The notes below the pieces were generated by a model. That model was not told the origin of the DNA, ran no database searches, and worked only from the letters and a program-made list of their open reading frames with translations. DNA of 64,000 nucleotides, taken from NCBI GenBank assembly GCA_041690135.1, contig JAWLHY010000010.1:160001-224000 (forward strand), read 5' to 3'. Both the position numbers and the translations under genes were made by a program. This document shows, one piece after another, positions 29,252 to 38,852 of this stretch (positions within the stretch are counted from its first letter, which is position 1; every line of letters begins with the position of its first letter). Source of the DNA: Armatimonadota bacterium. Lineage in GTDB: Bacteria; Armatimonadota; SYMT01.

Positions 29252-29593
29252 CTATGCGGCGACCAGGGGCTTTTCACGAGACCAAAAGTCTTCCAGGGCA
29301 TAGAACTTCCGGTCTTCCGGATCGAAGACGTGAGCCACCACATCGCCAAAGTCCATCAGCACCCAGCGCGCCTCGTTGTACCCTTCGCGCCGTACGCCCT
29401 TGATGTCGTGATCTTTCATCGCCTCGACGATCCGGTCGGTGATGGCGCGGATATGGATGTTGGAAGTGCCGGAGCAAACCACCATGTAGTCCGTCATCTG
29501 GGTCTTGTCGGTTACCTCGATGACGTTGACATCCACTGCCTTCAACTCTTCCATCGCTTCGCGGATGACTTCGACCTTTTCTTTAGAATCCAA
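29252..29593 (-). CDS. rsfS: Ribosome silencing factor RsfS
   Basis: TDYMVVCSGTS, EGY..ARWVLMDFGDVVAHVF, FYALEDFW; next to nadD. Confidence 0.96.
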   Translation of the reverse strand: MDSKEKVEVIREAMEELKAVDVNVIEVTDKTQMTDYMVVCSGTSNIHIRAITDRIVEAMKDHDIKGVRREGYNEARWVLMDFGDVVAHVFDPEDRKFYALEDFWSREKPLVAA

Positions 29594-29713
29594 TCACACC
29601 CTCCGTGTTCTACGACGTGGTCCCTGGGGAGGTGCCCCGGAAGGGATCCGTCAGGGATTTTACCCATGCGAACGGTCACGGCCACGGAAAGTTTCGCGTG
29701 GATCGATCCCGCC

Positions 29714-30307
29714 TTATCCAGAGTATAGCCTGTGTTTCCGCAGGTAGGCCTCGACATCGTCGGGCACCAGGTACTTTACCGGCTCGCCGTTCCGCAGACG
29801 TGCCCGCAAATCCGTGCTGGAGATGTCCACTCCCGGTGCCTGGATGGTGCTGATGCGCGGGAGGTAGGACTCTGGCAGGACGGTATTCAGTCGGTTCAGA
29901 TCATAGCCGGGCCGCGTGACGGCGATGAAGCGGCACAAGCGAACCAGATCTTCGTGGCGGTGCCAGGTAAGGATTTCCAGGGTCGCGTCCGCACCGGTGA
30001 TGAAGAACAACTCCGCTTCCGGTTTTAACTCGCTAAAGGAGCGGATCGTATCGACTGTGTAGCTCGGGCCGCTGCGCTCCATCTCCAGCCGGGAGACCTC
30101 GAAGGCCGGATGGCCGGCGGTGGCCAGCAGCACCATTGCATACCGGTGCTCCTGAGAGACCACTTCGCGGCTCTGCTTGTGCGGGGGGTCGCCGGCGGGC
30201 ACCCAAACCACCCGGTCGAGGGCAAACTCATACCGCGCTTCCTCCGCGATAACGAGATGCCCGAAGTGGACCGGATCAAACGTTCCGCCCATAATCCCCA
30301 GCCGCAT
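29714..30307 (-). CDS. nadD: Nicotinate-nucleotide adenylyltransferase
   Basis: GGTFDPVHFGH, SYTVDT, FITGAD, ISSTDLR. Confidence 0.96.
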   Translation of the reverse strand: MRLGIMGGTFDPVHFGHLVIAEEARYEFALDRVVWVPAGDPPHKQSREVVSQEHRYAMVLLATAGHPAFEVSRLEMERSGPSYTVDTIRSFSELKPEAELFFITGADATLEILTWHRHEDLVRLCRFIAVTRPGYDLNRLNTVLPESYLPRISTIQAPGVDISSTDLRARLRNGEPVKYLVPDDVEAYLRKHRLYSG

Positions 30308-30324
30308 AGGAGTTCGCCCGGTTC

Positions 30325-31602
30325 TCAGCCGCGTACCTGTCCTTCCCCGTAGACAATCCACTTCCAGGTGGTCAAGGCCCGGAGTCCGATGGGCCCCCGG
30401 CGGTGGAGCTTCTGGGTGCTGATGCCTAATTCGGCGCCCAGGCCGAACTCAAAGCCGTCCGTAAAGCGCGTAGAAGCGTTGACGTAAACGGCCGCGGCAT
30501 CCACCTGCTGGCAGAACCGCTTACCGGCGAAATAGTCCTGGGTGACGATCGCTTCGCTGTGCTGGGTCCCATACCGGGCGATGTGCGCCATCGCTTCGTC
30601 CAGCCCGTCCACGACCCGCACAGCCAGGATCAGGGCCTGGTAGGGAACGCACCAGTCCTCTTCCGTTGCGGGACGGACTCTCGAAAGGATTTCCTGCGTC
30701 TGCTCGCACCCCCGCAGCTCCACCCCCGCCGCTTGCATGCGCAGCCCCAGGTCCGGCAAGAACTGTTTGGCGATGGGGGCATCGATCAGGAGTGTTTCCA
30801 CGGCGTTGGCCATACCCGGCCGTTGGACCTTCGCGTTGAACGCGATATCGGCCGCCATGTCCAACTTCGCGGTGCGTTCGACGAAGATGTGACAGTTGCC
30901 CGGCCCCGTTTCTAGAGTGGGCACCGTGGCCGTACTGCAAACCCGGCGGATCAGTTCCTGACTCCCGCGGGGGATGAGGAGATCGATCGATTCCCGCAGG
31001 TGCATCATGCGCTCCAACGCCCGCGGATCGGTGGAGCGAATCCGCTGCACTGCCCCATCGGGAACCCCCTGGCGGGCCATGGCCCTACCGATAACTTGCA
31101 GGATCACCTGGTTCGATTGGGCATCATCGGCACTGCCCAGGAATACCACGGCGTTGCCGGCCTTCAGGCAAAGACTAACGGCATCCACGGTGGTATTGGG
31201 GCGGCCTTCCGTAACGATGCCGACTACCCCCAGGGGCATCCGCACTTCCTGAAGGATGAGGCCGTTCGGGCGCCGCGATCCTCGGAGGACCTCCCCTACC
31301 GGATCCGGCGCCGAGGCGACTTCATGCACTCCCTGGGCGATGGCGCCCAGGCGAGGGTAGGTGAGGATGAGGCGATCGATAATCGCCTCGGGCAAGCGCT
31401 TCCGCTCGGCCGCCTGTACGTCGCACTCGTTAGCCTCGAGAATGCGGTCGGCCTCGTTGAGCAACGAATCGGCGATATCGTGAAGCGCGTCGTTCTTCAC
31501 ACCGGTCGGGAGTGCGGCTATCAGGGGCGCGATTTGTCTCGCGCGCTTTCCAGCCTCCTCAACCAGAACTTCCGGGCCCGGCTCGGGTCCGGGTGAACTC
31601 AT
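30325..31602 (-). CDS. proA: ProA (gamma-glutamyl phosphate reductase) homologue with degenerate active site
   Basis: ProA fold motifs (PDPVGE, PLGVVG, GNCH, VNASTRFTDGFEFGLGAELGISTQKLH) present, but the catalytic CNA motif reads PGMANAVETLL. Confidence 0.88.
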   Translation of the reverse strand: MSSPGPEPGPEVLVEEAGKRARQIAPLIAALPTGVKNDALHDIADSLLNEADRILEANECDVQAAERKRLPEAIIDRLILTYPRLGAIAQGVHEVASAPDPVGEVLRGSRRPNGLILQEVRMPLGVVGIVTEGRPNTTVDAVSLCLKAGNAVVFLGSADDAQSNQVILQVIGRAMARQGVPDGAVQRIRSTDPRALERMMHLRESIDLLIPRGSQELIRRVCSTATVPTLETGPGNCHIFVERTAKLDMAADIAFNAKVQRPGMANAVETLLIDAPIAKQFLPDLGLRMQAAGVELRGCEQTQEILSRVRPATEEDWCVPYQALILAVRVVDGLDEAMAHIARYGTQHSEAIVTQDYFAGKRFCQQVDAAAVYVNASTRFTDGFEFGLGAELGISTQKLHRRGPIGLRALTTWKWIVYGEGQVRG

Positions 31603-32321
31603 AGGTAGCCTCCAGGGCGGACGCCGAAGACCTCCAGTAATTCCCACCCTGCAGGCCCGGGGGCGATCTCGGCATGGATTATATCACCGGAGCGAAGCAA
31701 CTCCGCCGCTCTCGCGGGGACCCGCACCGGCTCCGCCGTGCCCTCGCCCAGGGCCTCCCGTTCCACCGAGGTGAGGGTCAGGCTGTCCTCACTCGTCCGG
31801 GCGACCGTGAAGTACTCGACCTGCGCCGCGGCATAGTCCAACTGGTCGAGGCGCGCCACCCGGTCGACGCCCGCGCTGACGGAGCCCAGGACCTGCTCTT
31901 CTTCGTCGTCCTCATCCACAAGCTCCGCCTCGGTGCGAAGATCATCCTTCCGGGCGTGCTGAATCAAAAGCGTTCTGGCTTCGAGCACCCGCGCGAGGTC
32001 TTCCCGCAGAGACCGCTCCGCCTCCACAAACGGCACCAGCGACCGTTGACCTCGCTCCAGCAGGAAGCGGGCCAGTCCCGCAGCGGCATCCAGGAGTGAA
32101 AGGGCCACCGGAAGGTCCGGCTCTTCTTCGGAAGGGTAGTACTCGAGGAGAAACGTATACAGCTCGTGGGGGGTGACCTCGTCGGTCTCGACGTAGCCGG
32201 AGTAATCGATCAGGAACTCCCGCAGGGCCGCCAGGCCCAGAGTGGCCAGGCGACCTTCCTCACCCCGATGCAAACGCCGTTGCTGGAGTTCGAATTCGTC
32301 CAGCGTCGCTTCCAGAGTCAT
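31599..32321 (-). CDS. Uncharacterised acidic protein between proB and proA
   Basis: 240 aa; ATG 8 nt after proB stop; TGA overlaps proA ATG (ATGA); helical N-half, beta-rich C-half. Confidence 0.8.
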   Translation of the reverse strand: MTLEATLDEFELQQRRLHRGEEGRLATLGLAALREFLIDYSGYVETDEVTPHELYTFLLEYYPSEEEPDLPVALSLLDAAAGLARFLLERGQRSLVPFVEAERSLREDLARVLEARTLLIQHARKDDLRTEAELVDEDDEEEQVLGSVSAGVDRVARLDQLDYAAAQVEYFTVARTSEDSLTLTSVEREALGEGTAEPVRVPARAAELLRSGDIIHAEIAPGPAGWELLEVFGVRPGGYL

Positions 32322-32329
32322 GGTGCCCC

Positions 32330-33415
32330 TCAAGGATTCAATACCACCAGGTTGTCGCGGTGAACGATCTCTTGAATGTCGTCGCGACCGAGTATCTCGC
32401 TGATCCGAGCGGTGTGCACGCCCATCAGCCGCTGCACATCCCGCCAATCACAGCTTGCCAGACCCCGCGCAAACTCGTGGCCTTGCTCGTTGCGCACGCT
32501 CACCGAGTCGCCGCGCGTGAACGGCCCATGGACGGCAACAATCCCCGCAGGCAGCAGACTCCGGTGCTCCCGGACCAGCACTTCTTCCGCGCAGGCGTTG
32601 ACCGTCACACTGCCCCGCGGCCGGGTTCCGTAGGCCAGCCAGTGCTTGCGCCCCTGGAGCCGCCGCGAAGACGGCGCGAAGACCGTGCCCAGGGCTTCGC
32701 CTCTTGCGACATCCATAATCACCCCCGGCCGCCGTCCCTGCGCGATGACCGTCGTGACGCCCGCGGCGCCGGCGATTTCGGCGGCATGAAGCTTGGTGAT
32801 CATTCCACCCGACCCGTGCTTGCCCGCGCCGCCCGCGATGCTCTTGAGCTCCTCGGAGATCGTCGTGACCGCCCGGACGACATTCCCGTCCGCGTCGAGT
32901 AAACCGGGCACATTGGTCAACAGGATCAAGAGGTCCGCGCCGATCAACGCGGAAACGAGGGCGGCGAGCGTGTCGTTGTCACCGAACTGCAGCTCTTCGA
33001 TCGCCACCGTATCGTTCTCGTTCACGATCGGCACGGCGCCGTGCCGCAGCAGCGTGAGCATGGTATTCTGGGCGTTGACGTAACGAGCCCGCTCCTGGGC
33101 CAACTGGCGGGTCAAGAGGATCTGCCCCACGGCACGTCCACGGTCGCCGAACGCCTCCTGGTAGAGACCCATGAGGCGACCCTGGCCCACGGCCGCGGCT
33201 GCTTGCTTCAGCGGCACAGTCCGCGGACGCTGCGTCCATCCCAATCGCTCCACGCCGGCCCGCACCGCGCCCGACGTAACCAGCACAACCCCGTGACCCT
33301 CATTCATCAGGTCGCAGAGTTGCCCCACAAGTTGGGGCAGGAAATCCCGATCGATGCGGCCTTCCTCGTCCGTGAGCGTGCTCGTCCCTACCTTGACTAC
33401 AATCGTGCTGGCCAT
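32330..33415 (-). CDS. proB: Glutamate 5-kinase with PUA domain
   Basis: VKVGTS, VTSGAV, QAAAAVGQ, NENDTV, FGDNDTL, GGMITK, IVHRDN. Confidence 0.97.
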   Translation of the reverse strand: MASTIVVKVGTSTLTDEEGRIDRDFLPQLVGQLCDLMNEGHGVVLVTSGAVRAGVERLGWTQRPRTVPLKQAAAAVGQGRLMGLYQEAFGDRGRAVGQILLTRQLAQERARYVNAQNTMLTLLRHGAVPIVNENDTVAIEELQFGDNDTLAALVSALIGADLLILLTNVPGLLDADGNVVRAVTTISEELKSIAGGAGKHGSGGMITKLHAAEIAGAAGVTTVIAQGRRPGVIMDVARGEALGTVFAPSSRRLQGRKHWLAYGTRPRGSVTVNACAEEVLVREHRSLLPAGIVAVHGPFTRGDSVSVRNEQGHEFARGLASCDWRDVQRLMGVHTARISEILGRDDIQEIVHRDNLVVLNP

Positions 33416-33418
33416 GCT

Positions 33419-34693
33419 TCAGTCAATGAAATCGAATTCGACATCCCCAATGCGGACCTGGCTGCCCTCTTCGGCGCCCTGGTCGCGGAGCTCTCGAATG
33501 ATCCCCATCCGTTCCAGGGTGCGCTGCAGCCGCCGCACGGCGGCCTCGTTGTTCATGTCGGTAATGGCTACCAGGCGCTCGATGCCTTTCCCGCGGATCA
33601 CGTAGTCGTCGCCTTCCTGCTCCACCTCCCAGGTATCCTCTTCCGGCGCTTCATACCGGACGATCTTCTCTTCGGCGGGGGCTACGGGCACGGGGAGTTC
33701 GGCGAGCGCGCGGGAGATGGCATACACGAGGTCCTGAACGCCCTGGCCGGTGACCGCCGAGATCAGGAAAACATCGTAGCCTTCCGCGGTGAGTTGGGCG
33801 CGCAGTTCCGGCACGATGGACGCGGCCTCGGGAAGATCGGCCTTGTTGAGCGCCACCAACTGCGGGAGAGCGGAAAGGCGTTCGCTGTAGGCGGCGAGCT
33901 CGCGATTCACGATGCGGAAATCTTCCGCCGGATCGCGCATCGTCATTCCGGAAACATCGACCAGGTGGACCAACAGGCGGGTCCGCTCCACGTGCCGTAG
34001 GAACTGGTGACCGAGGCCGGCACCCTCGCTTGCGCCTTCGATCAAACCCGGGATATCCGCCACCACGAACGACTTGCCCGGCTCCACGGACACCACGCCC
34101 AGGTTGGGCACCAGGGTGGTGAAGGGATAGTCCGCGATCTTCGGCTTAGCGGCGGAGATGTGCGAGATGAGCGTCGACTTCCCGACATTGGGAAACCCGA
34201 TGAGGCCCACGTCCGCCAGGAGCTTGAGCTCCAGAATGAGATCGCGCTCTTGCGGTGGTTCGCCCTTCTCGGCCAGACGCGGCACCTGGTGCGTAGCCGA
34301 GACGAAGGCGGCGTTACCGCGCCCCCCTCGACCGCCCTGGGCCACCACCTCGCGTTGGCCCGGCCGGACGATATCGGCCACCGTTTCGCCCGTGGCGGCG
34401 TCTCGCACCTGCGTTCCGACCGGCACCCGCAGTTCGATATCCTCGCCGCTCTTGCCGGACTTGTTGTTGCCTGCCCCGTGTACGCCGCTCGGGGCTTTAT
34501 AGGAGCGTTTGAAGCGGAAATCGACGAGCGTCGTCATATTCGGATCGCCGATCAGGAGAATGCTCCCGCCGTGACCGCCGTCGCCGCCGTCCGGACCGCC
34601 GCGCGGCACGTGTTTTTCCCGGCGAAAACTAACGGCGCCGTCACCACCCCGGCCCGCTTTCACGTGGATCTGAACTTCATCGACAAACATCAT
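33419..34693 (-). CDS. obgE: GTPase Obg/CgtA with OCT domain
   Basis: Gly-rich Obg fold, GFPNVGKS, DYPFTT, DIPG, NKAD. Confidence 0.98.
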   Translation of the reverse strand: MMFVDEVQIHVKAGRGGDGAVSFRREKHVPRGGPDGGDGGHGGSILLIGDPNMTTLVDFRFKRSYKAPSGVHGAGNNKSGKSGEDIELRVPVGTQVRDAATGETVADIVRPGQREVVAQGGRGGRGNAAFVSATHQVPRLAEKGEPPQERDLILELKLLADVGLIGFPNVGKSTLISHISAAKPKIADYPFTTLVPNLGVVSVEPGKSFVVADIPGLIEGASEGAGLGHQFLRHVERTRLLVHLVDVSGMTMRDPAEDFRIVNRELAAYSERLSALPQLVALNKADLPEAASIVPELRAQLTAEGYDVFLISAVTGQGVQDLVYAISRALAELPVPVAPAEEKIVRYEAPEEDTWEVEQEGDDYVIRGKGIERLVAITDMNNEAAVRRLQRTLERMGIIRELRDQGAEEGSQVRIGDVEFDFID

Positions 34694-34861
34694 GGGAGGT
34701 ACCTCGGCCGTGATTCAAGCAAAAAGGACGGAAACAGGGCAGCGTCCCCTTCCGGGAATGCGCTACCCCGCCTCCATCCTTTTCCAACCTTCTCAAGCCT
34801 GGTAACGGCACGGATCGCATCGCGATTCACGCCGGGTGGCTTCGCTCCACGGGCCGCGCGA

Positions 34862-35149
34862 TCAGGCTGCCGGAGCGGGCTCGGCTTCCGCGGCGGCCAC
34901 TGCGGGCTGCACGGAGACGCGGCGCTTGGCCTTGTGGCCTTCCATCACGACCACGCCGTCAATCAGGGCAAAGAGCGTGTAGTCCTTGCCGACCCCGACG
35001 TTGGCGCCCGGTTTCATGCTGCTGCCGCGCTGGCGGACGAGGATGGACCCCGCCGTAACCTGCTGCCCGGCATACTCCTTGACACCGAGGCGCTTACTGT
35101 TGCTGTCCCGTCCGTTCCGGGAGCTGCCTACACCTTTTTTATGAGCCAT
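34862..35149 (-). CDS. rpmA: 50S ribosomal protein L27
   Basis: [24 protein letters not shown]; no N-terminal extension. Confidence 0.99.
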   Translation of the reverse strand: MAHKKGVGSSRNGRDSNSKRLGVKEYAGQQVTAGSILVRQRGSSMKPGANVGVGKDYTLFALIDGVVVMEGHKAKRRVSVQPAVAAAEAEPAPAA

Positions 35150-35160
35150 TGTCCAATCCT

Positions 35161-35472
35161 CTAGGCCGAAATCGATTCGATCACCAGCTCGGTGAACGGC
35201 TGGCGATGGCCGAAGCGACGTCGCTCGTTCTTCTTCGCCTTGAAAGTGAAGCCGGTGATCTTGCGCGCCTTGCCCTGGCGAACGACCCGGGCGGTTACCG
35301 TGGCTCCGCTCACGTACGGAGCGCCCACCTGGACGCCGCTCTCGGAAGCTACCAGCAGCACGCGGTCCAGCGTCACCTGATCGCCGACCCCTGCTTCCAG
35401 CTTTTCAACGCGCAGCACGCCCTTTTCGGCGGCGCGATATTGTTTCCCACCTGTTTCGATGACCGCGTACAT
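35161..35472 (-). CDS. rplU: 50S ribosomal protein L21
   Basis: [12 protein letters not shown]...GHRQPFT; AGGAG RBS. Confidence 0.99.
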   Translation of the reverse strand: MYAVIETGGKQYRAAEKGVLRVEKLEAGVGDQVTLDRVLLVASESGVQVGAPYVSGATVTARVVRQGKARKITGFTFKAKKNERRRFGHRQPFTELVIESISA

Positions 35473-35506
35473 AAAAAACTCCTGCGTGTGCAAACGCCAA
35501 ATGCTA

Positions 35507-38431
35507 TCAAATGGGCTCGCTTCTGTCAACCGCAGTCGAGGGAGCAACCGGCTCTCCCAGCGCGAAACTGCGGCGAACGTCCGTGAGACGTACCCGAATG
35601 GTCTGGCCCTGATGCCGGGCGCCGTTGGCCACATCGACGAAAAAGCCGTTGGTCCAGCCGGCGCTGCGCGGCGGCGTGATCAACTCGATCTTGGTGATCT
35701 GGCAATCGACGACCTGGCCGCCATGGAACGGCATCATCTCCCGTTCCATTTCCATCATGTCTCCCGGAAGGATCTCGTACTTTTCTACGTGGTAGTCATG
35801 GCGCGCGCGGATGTAGATGGGTCGCCGTAGCATGCGCTCCATCTGTTCCACACTCTCCCCTTCGGGCCCCACGAGCCAGGCCGCCACTTCGGGATGGGCA
35901 TTGACCAGAATCGCGTCCACATCCGTCGAAGCGCAAAGCTGGCGGATCTGCCGCTCGATGCTGATTGCCAGCGTCTCCGGCGACCATACCCGGCCTCGCC
36001 CCTGGCAGTAGGGGCAGACCTGGCTCATCACGTCCGTAACCGCCTCGCTCGTGCGTTTCCGGGTCATTTCCACTAGCCCCAGTGGGCTAATGTGGGCGAT
36101 TTTGATCCGGGTGCGGTCTTTCTTGAAGGCGTTTTCGAGCGCCCGCATCACCAACTGGCGATCGCGGCTGGACGCCATGTCGATGAAGTCGAGGACAATC
36201 ATGCCCCCGATGTCGCGCAGGCGAAGCTGACGAGCAATTTCCTCGACCGCGTCGAGATTGGTCTTCAGAATCGTCTCCGCCAGGCTGCTCGTTCCCACGA
36301 ATTTGCCCGTGTTGACGTCGATCGTGGTGAGCGCTTCGGTCGTGTCCAGGAGCAGGTACGCTCCGTTGCGGAGCCAGACCTTGCGGCGCAACAAACGATC
36401 GATCTCGTCTTCGACGTTGTACCGGGTGAAGAGCGGCTGAGACTCGTCATAGAGGAACACGCGGTCCACCAGGTCCGGCGCAAGTTCCTGGAGCGTCTCG
36501 CTCACCTTCTCGTACTCTTCCCGCGAGTCGATGACGAGCCGGTCCACGTCCTGCCCGAACAGGTCCCGAATCGTTTTCAGGATCGGACCCAGATCCTTGT
36601 GAATGATCGCGGGTGCGTGAGTCTTCTTGTTCTTCTCAGTGATGTTCTGCCAGGAGCGGACCAGGTAATCCAGGTCGGCTCGCAGCTCCTGTTCCGTACG
36701 CCCTTCCGCTTCGGTGCGGATAATGAGACCGAATCCCTTGGGCTGCATCTGCTCGCCGATTCGACGCAGGCGCTCCCGCTCTTTCGGGTCTTCCACCTTC
36801 CGGGAGACGCCGAGGTGGTCACCTTCGGGCATCAGCACCAGGTACCGGCCGGGAATGGACATCTTGGTGGAGACGCGGGCTCCCTTGGTCCCGCGCGGCC
36901 CCTTGACCACCTGGACCAGCATTTCCTGGCCCGGTTTGGCAATGTCCGCGATGCGGACGTCCCGGCTGGTGCGCCGGGAAGGGCTGTCTCCCCCATCATT
37001 CCGAGAGCGGGTGTCCTCAAACAGGATGTCGCCGACGTAAAGGAAGGCATTGCGCTCCAGGCCGATATCCACAAAGGCGGCGTCCATGCCCGGGAGCACA
37101 TTGCAGACCCGGCCTTTGTAAACACTGCCGACGACGCGCTCTTCCCTCTCAACGTGGAGCTCCACCAGCCGGCCGTGCTCCAGGACCGCGATGCGAGTCT
37201 CGCGGTCATCGACGTTGATCAAAATCTCCTTGTACTCGCGCTCGGCGCGGGCCTCGCGTTTCTCGGCGGCTTCCTCTTCCTGCCGGGCCAGCTTCTGAAC
37301 CGTGGGACGCGCCGGAGCAACGGCCGCTGCTTCTTCCGGCGGTGCGGACACGGCCTCTTCTTGCGGGCGCCGGTCGCGCTCGCGCCCCCGTTTCCGCCGC
37401 CGTCGCCCGCGCGCTTCGGCGGGAACGGTTTCGACGGGAGCTTCCTCTTCCAGCCAGTCCTCGGGAACCGCTTCCAGTAGCGCCTCCGGCACCACCACGA
37501 GCAGCGGATCGCTCGGAGCGGGCAACAGGGCAGGCGGTTGCGGCTCGGGCCGGGAAGGCTGCGGCCGCTGCGGAGAAGTCCGCATGGGCTGGGCCGCGGG
37601 AGGGACACCTTCGAGAGCGCGCGCTTCGGCCAGGGCCGCCTGCTGGCGCTCGACCTCCTCCGGCGAAACTCCCCTTACCTCCGCCAGAATCTCCGTGGTA
37701 ATGGGAGGCAGTGCGGACTCTCGCTGGCGGACTGGGCTACGACCCAGGTCCGGAGTGAAATCCAGGAAGGGCGCGGGCGCGGTCTCCTCGGTGGCCTCCG
37801 GGACGACAATATCCTCCCCACCGACGCGCTGGGAACTTTTCGCCTCCGCCGGAGCAGGCGGAGCGCTGGCGGCTCGTTTGGGCCGTGGTTCGCGGCGGTG
37901 CAGCGGCACGGGCTCGCCCAGTTCCGCTACCTCTCGCTCGGCCAGTTCCAGCAGGATTTCTTCCGGCAGCCGACCCGTCCGGGCTGGGGCAGGCGCCGGC
38001 TCTTCTTGCGGCACCGCCTCCACGGCATCGGGTTCAGCCTGTTCGGTTTCCAGGGCGGAGAGTGGAGGGGTGATCAACTCGTCCCCTTCCAGTGCCGCGG
38101 GACGCTGGCTGCCTTCCGGAAGTTCCTCGGCACTCAGGGCCCCACCCGCGGGTTCGAGATCGGACACACCCAACGGCTCGGGAGTCAATTCGACTTCCGG
38201 CGTCTCCTTCTTTTTGCGCGGTGGGCGTTTCCGCGGCGCACGCGGTTTCCGACCGGCAGTGGCGGCCTCCTCCGCAAGGCCATTCGCGGAAGGCTCCGCA
38301 CCGGCCGATTCTACAGGAGTGGCGACAACCGCCGGGGTGGTTACTGCGAGGGAATCCTCTACTTGCTCGGACGATAGAGTCGCCCCTTCAGCCTCGGCCG
38401 CATGTCCGGCCGGCTGGTCTTTTTCTTCCAT
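35507..38431 (-). CDS. RNase E/G family ribonuclease with long N-terminal disordered extension
   Basis: GSVYKGRV, AAFVDIG, KGPRGTKGAR, IDVNTG, LRDIGGMIVLDFIDM, CPYCQGRG; about 390 aa acidic/Pro-rich N-terminus; TRAM-like tail. Start chosen at ATG 38431. Confidence 0.93.
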   Translation of the reverse strand: MEEKDQPAGHAAEAEGATLSSEQVEDSLAVTTPAVVATPVESAGAEPSANGLAEEAATAGRKPRAPRKRPPRKKKETPEVELTPEPLGVSDLEPAGGALSAEELPEGSQRPAALEGDELITPPLSALETEQAEPDAVEAVPQEEPAPAPARTGRLPEEILLELAEREVAELGEPVPLHRREPRPKRAASAPPAPAEAKSSQRVGGEDIVVPEATEETAPAPFLDFTPDLGRSPVRQRESALPPITTEILAEVRGVSPEEVERQQAALAEARALEGVPPAAQPMRTSPQRPQPSRPEPQPPALLPAPSDPLLVVVPEALLEAVPEDWLEEEAPVETVPAEARGRRRRKRGRERDRRPQEEAVSAPPEEAAAVAPARPTVQKLARQEEEAAEKREARAEREYKEILINVDDRETRIAVLEHGRLVELHVEREERVVGSVYKGRVCNVLPGMDAAFVDIGLERNAFLYVGDILFEDTRSRNDGGDSPSRRTSRDVRIADIAKPGQEMLVQVVKGPRGTKGARVSTKMSIPGRYLVLMPEGDHLGVSRKVEDPKERERLRRIGEQMQPKGFGLIIRTEAEGRTEQELRADLDYLVRSWQNITEKNKKTHAPAIIHKDLGPILKTIRDLFGQDVDRLVIDSREEYEKVSETLQELAPDLVDRVFLYDESQPLFTRYNVEDEIDRLLRRKVWLRNGAYLLLDTTEALTTIDVNTGKFVGTSSLAETILKTNLDAVEEIARQLRLRDIGGMIVLDFIDMASSRDRQLVMRALENAFKKDRTRIKIAHISPLGLVEMTRKRTSEAVTDVMSQVCPYCQGRGRVWSPETLAISIERQIRQLCASTDVDAILVNAHPEVAAWLVGPEGESVEQMERMLRRPIYIRARHDYHVEKYEILPGDMMEMEREMMPFHGGQVVDCQITKIELITPPRSAGWTNGFFVDVANGARHQGQTIRVRLTDVRRSFALGEPVAPSTAVDRSEPI

Positions 38432-38852
38432 ACAAGCCCCTTCGACTCCGGAGGGGCGGAAAGCCGGGGCGCAAGCACCCCAGAGGATTGGGCCGCGTGG
38501 ATGAAGTTGTATGACTGCGCCCGGCGGGTTCGCCCAGGGCGCACGCCCTGCACGGAGCCGCAGGGCTGGGGCGTCAATGAGAGGTGAGTACGTCCGACCG
38601 GTCCCTCGAAGGACAACCGCAGCGACACGCCGCCCGCGGAGTGCGGGGACGCTCGATGCCTGGCGGCCTCTGGAAACCAATCATTCGGGCTTTAACCTAT
38701 CGACTAAACCGCTCTCTTAACGAGAAGCGCCGATCACACAACAGTCCGCGCGTGACGCGGGCAGGCATTCGAAAATGCCCGCCGGCCGGGACCACCCTTG
38801 CCCTGCTTGAACCGGGGGTCGCTGCCTTCCGGCGGCTCCAACTCCGATTCGA

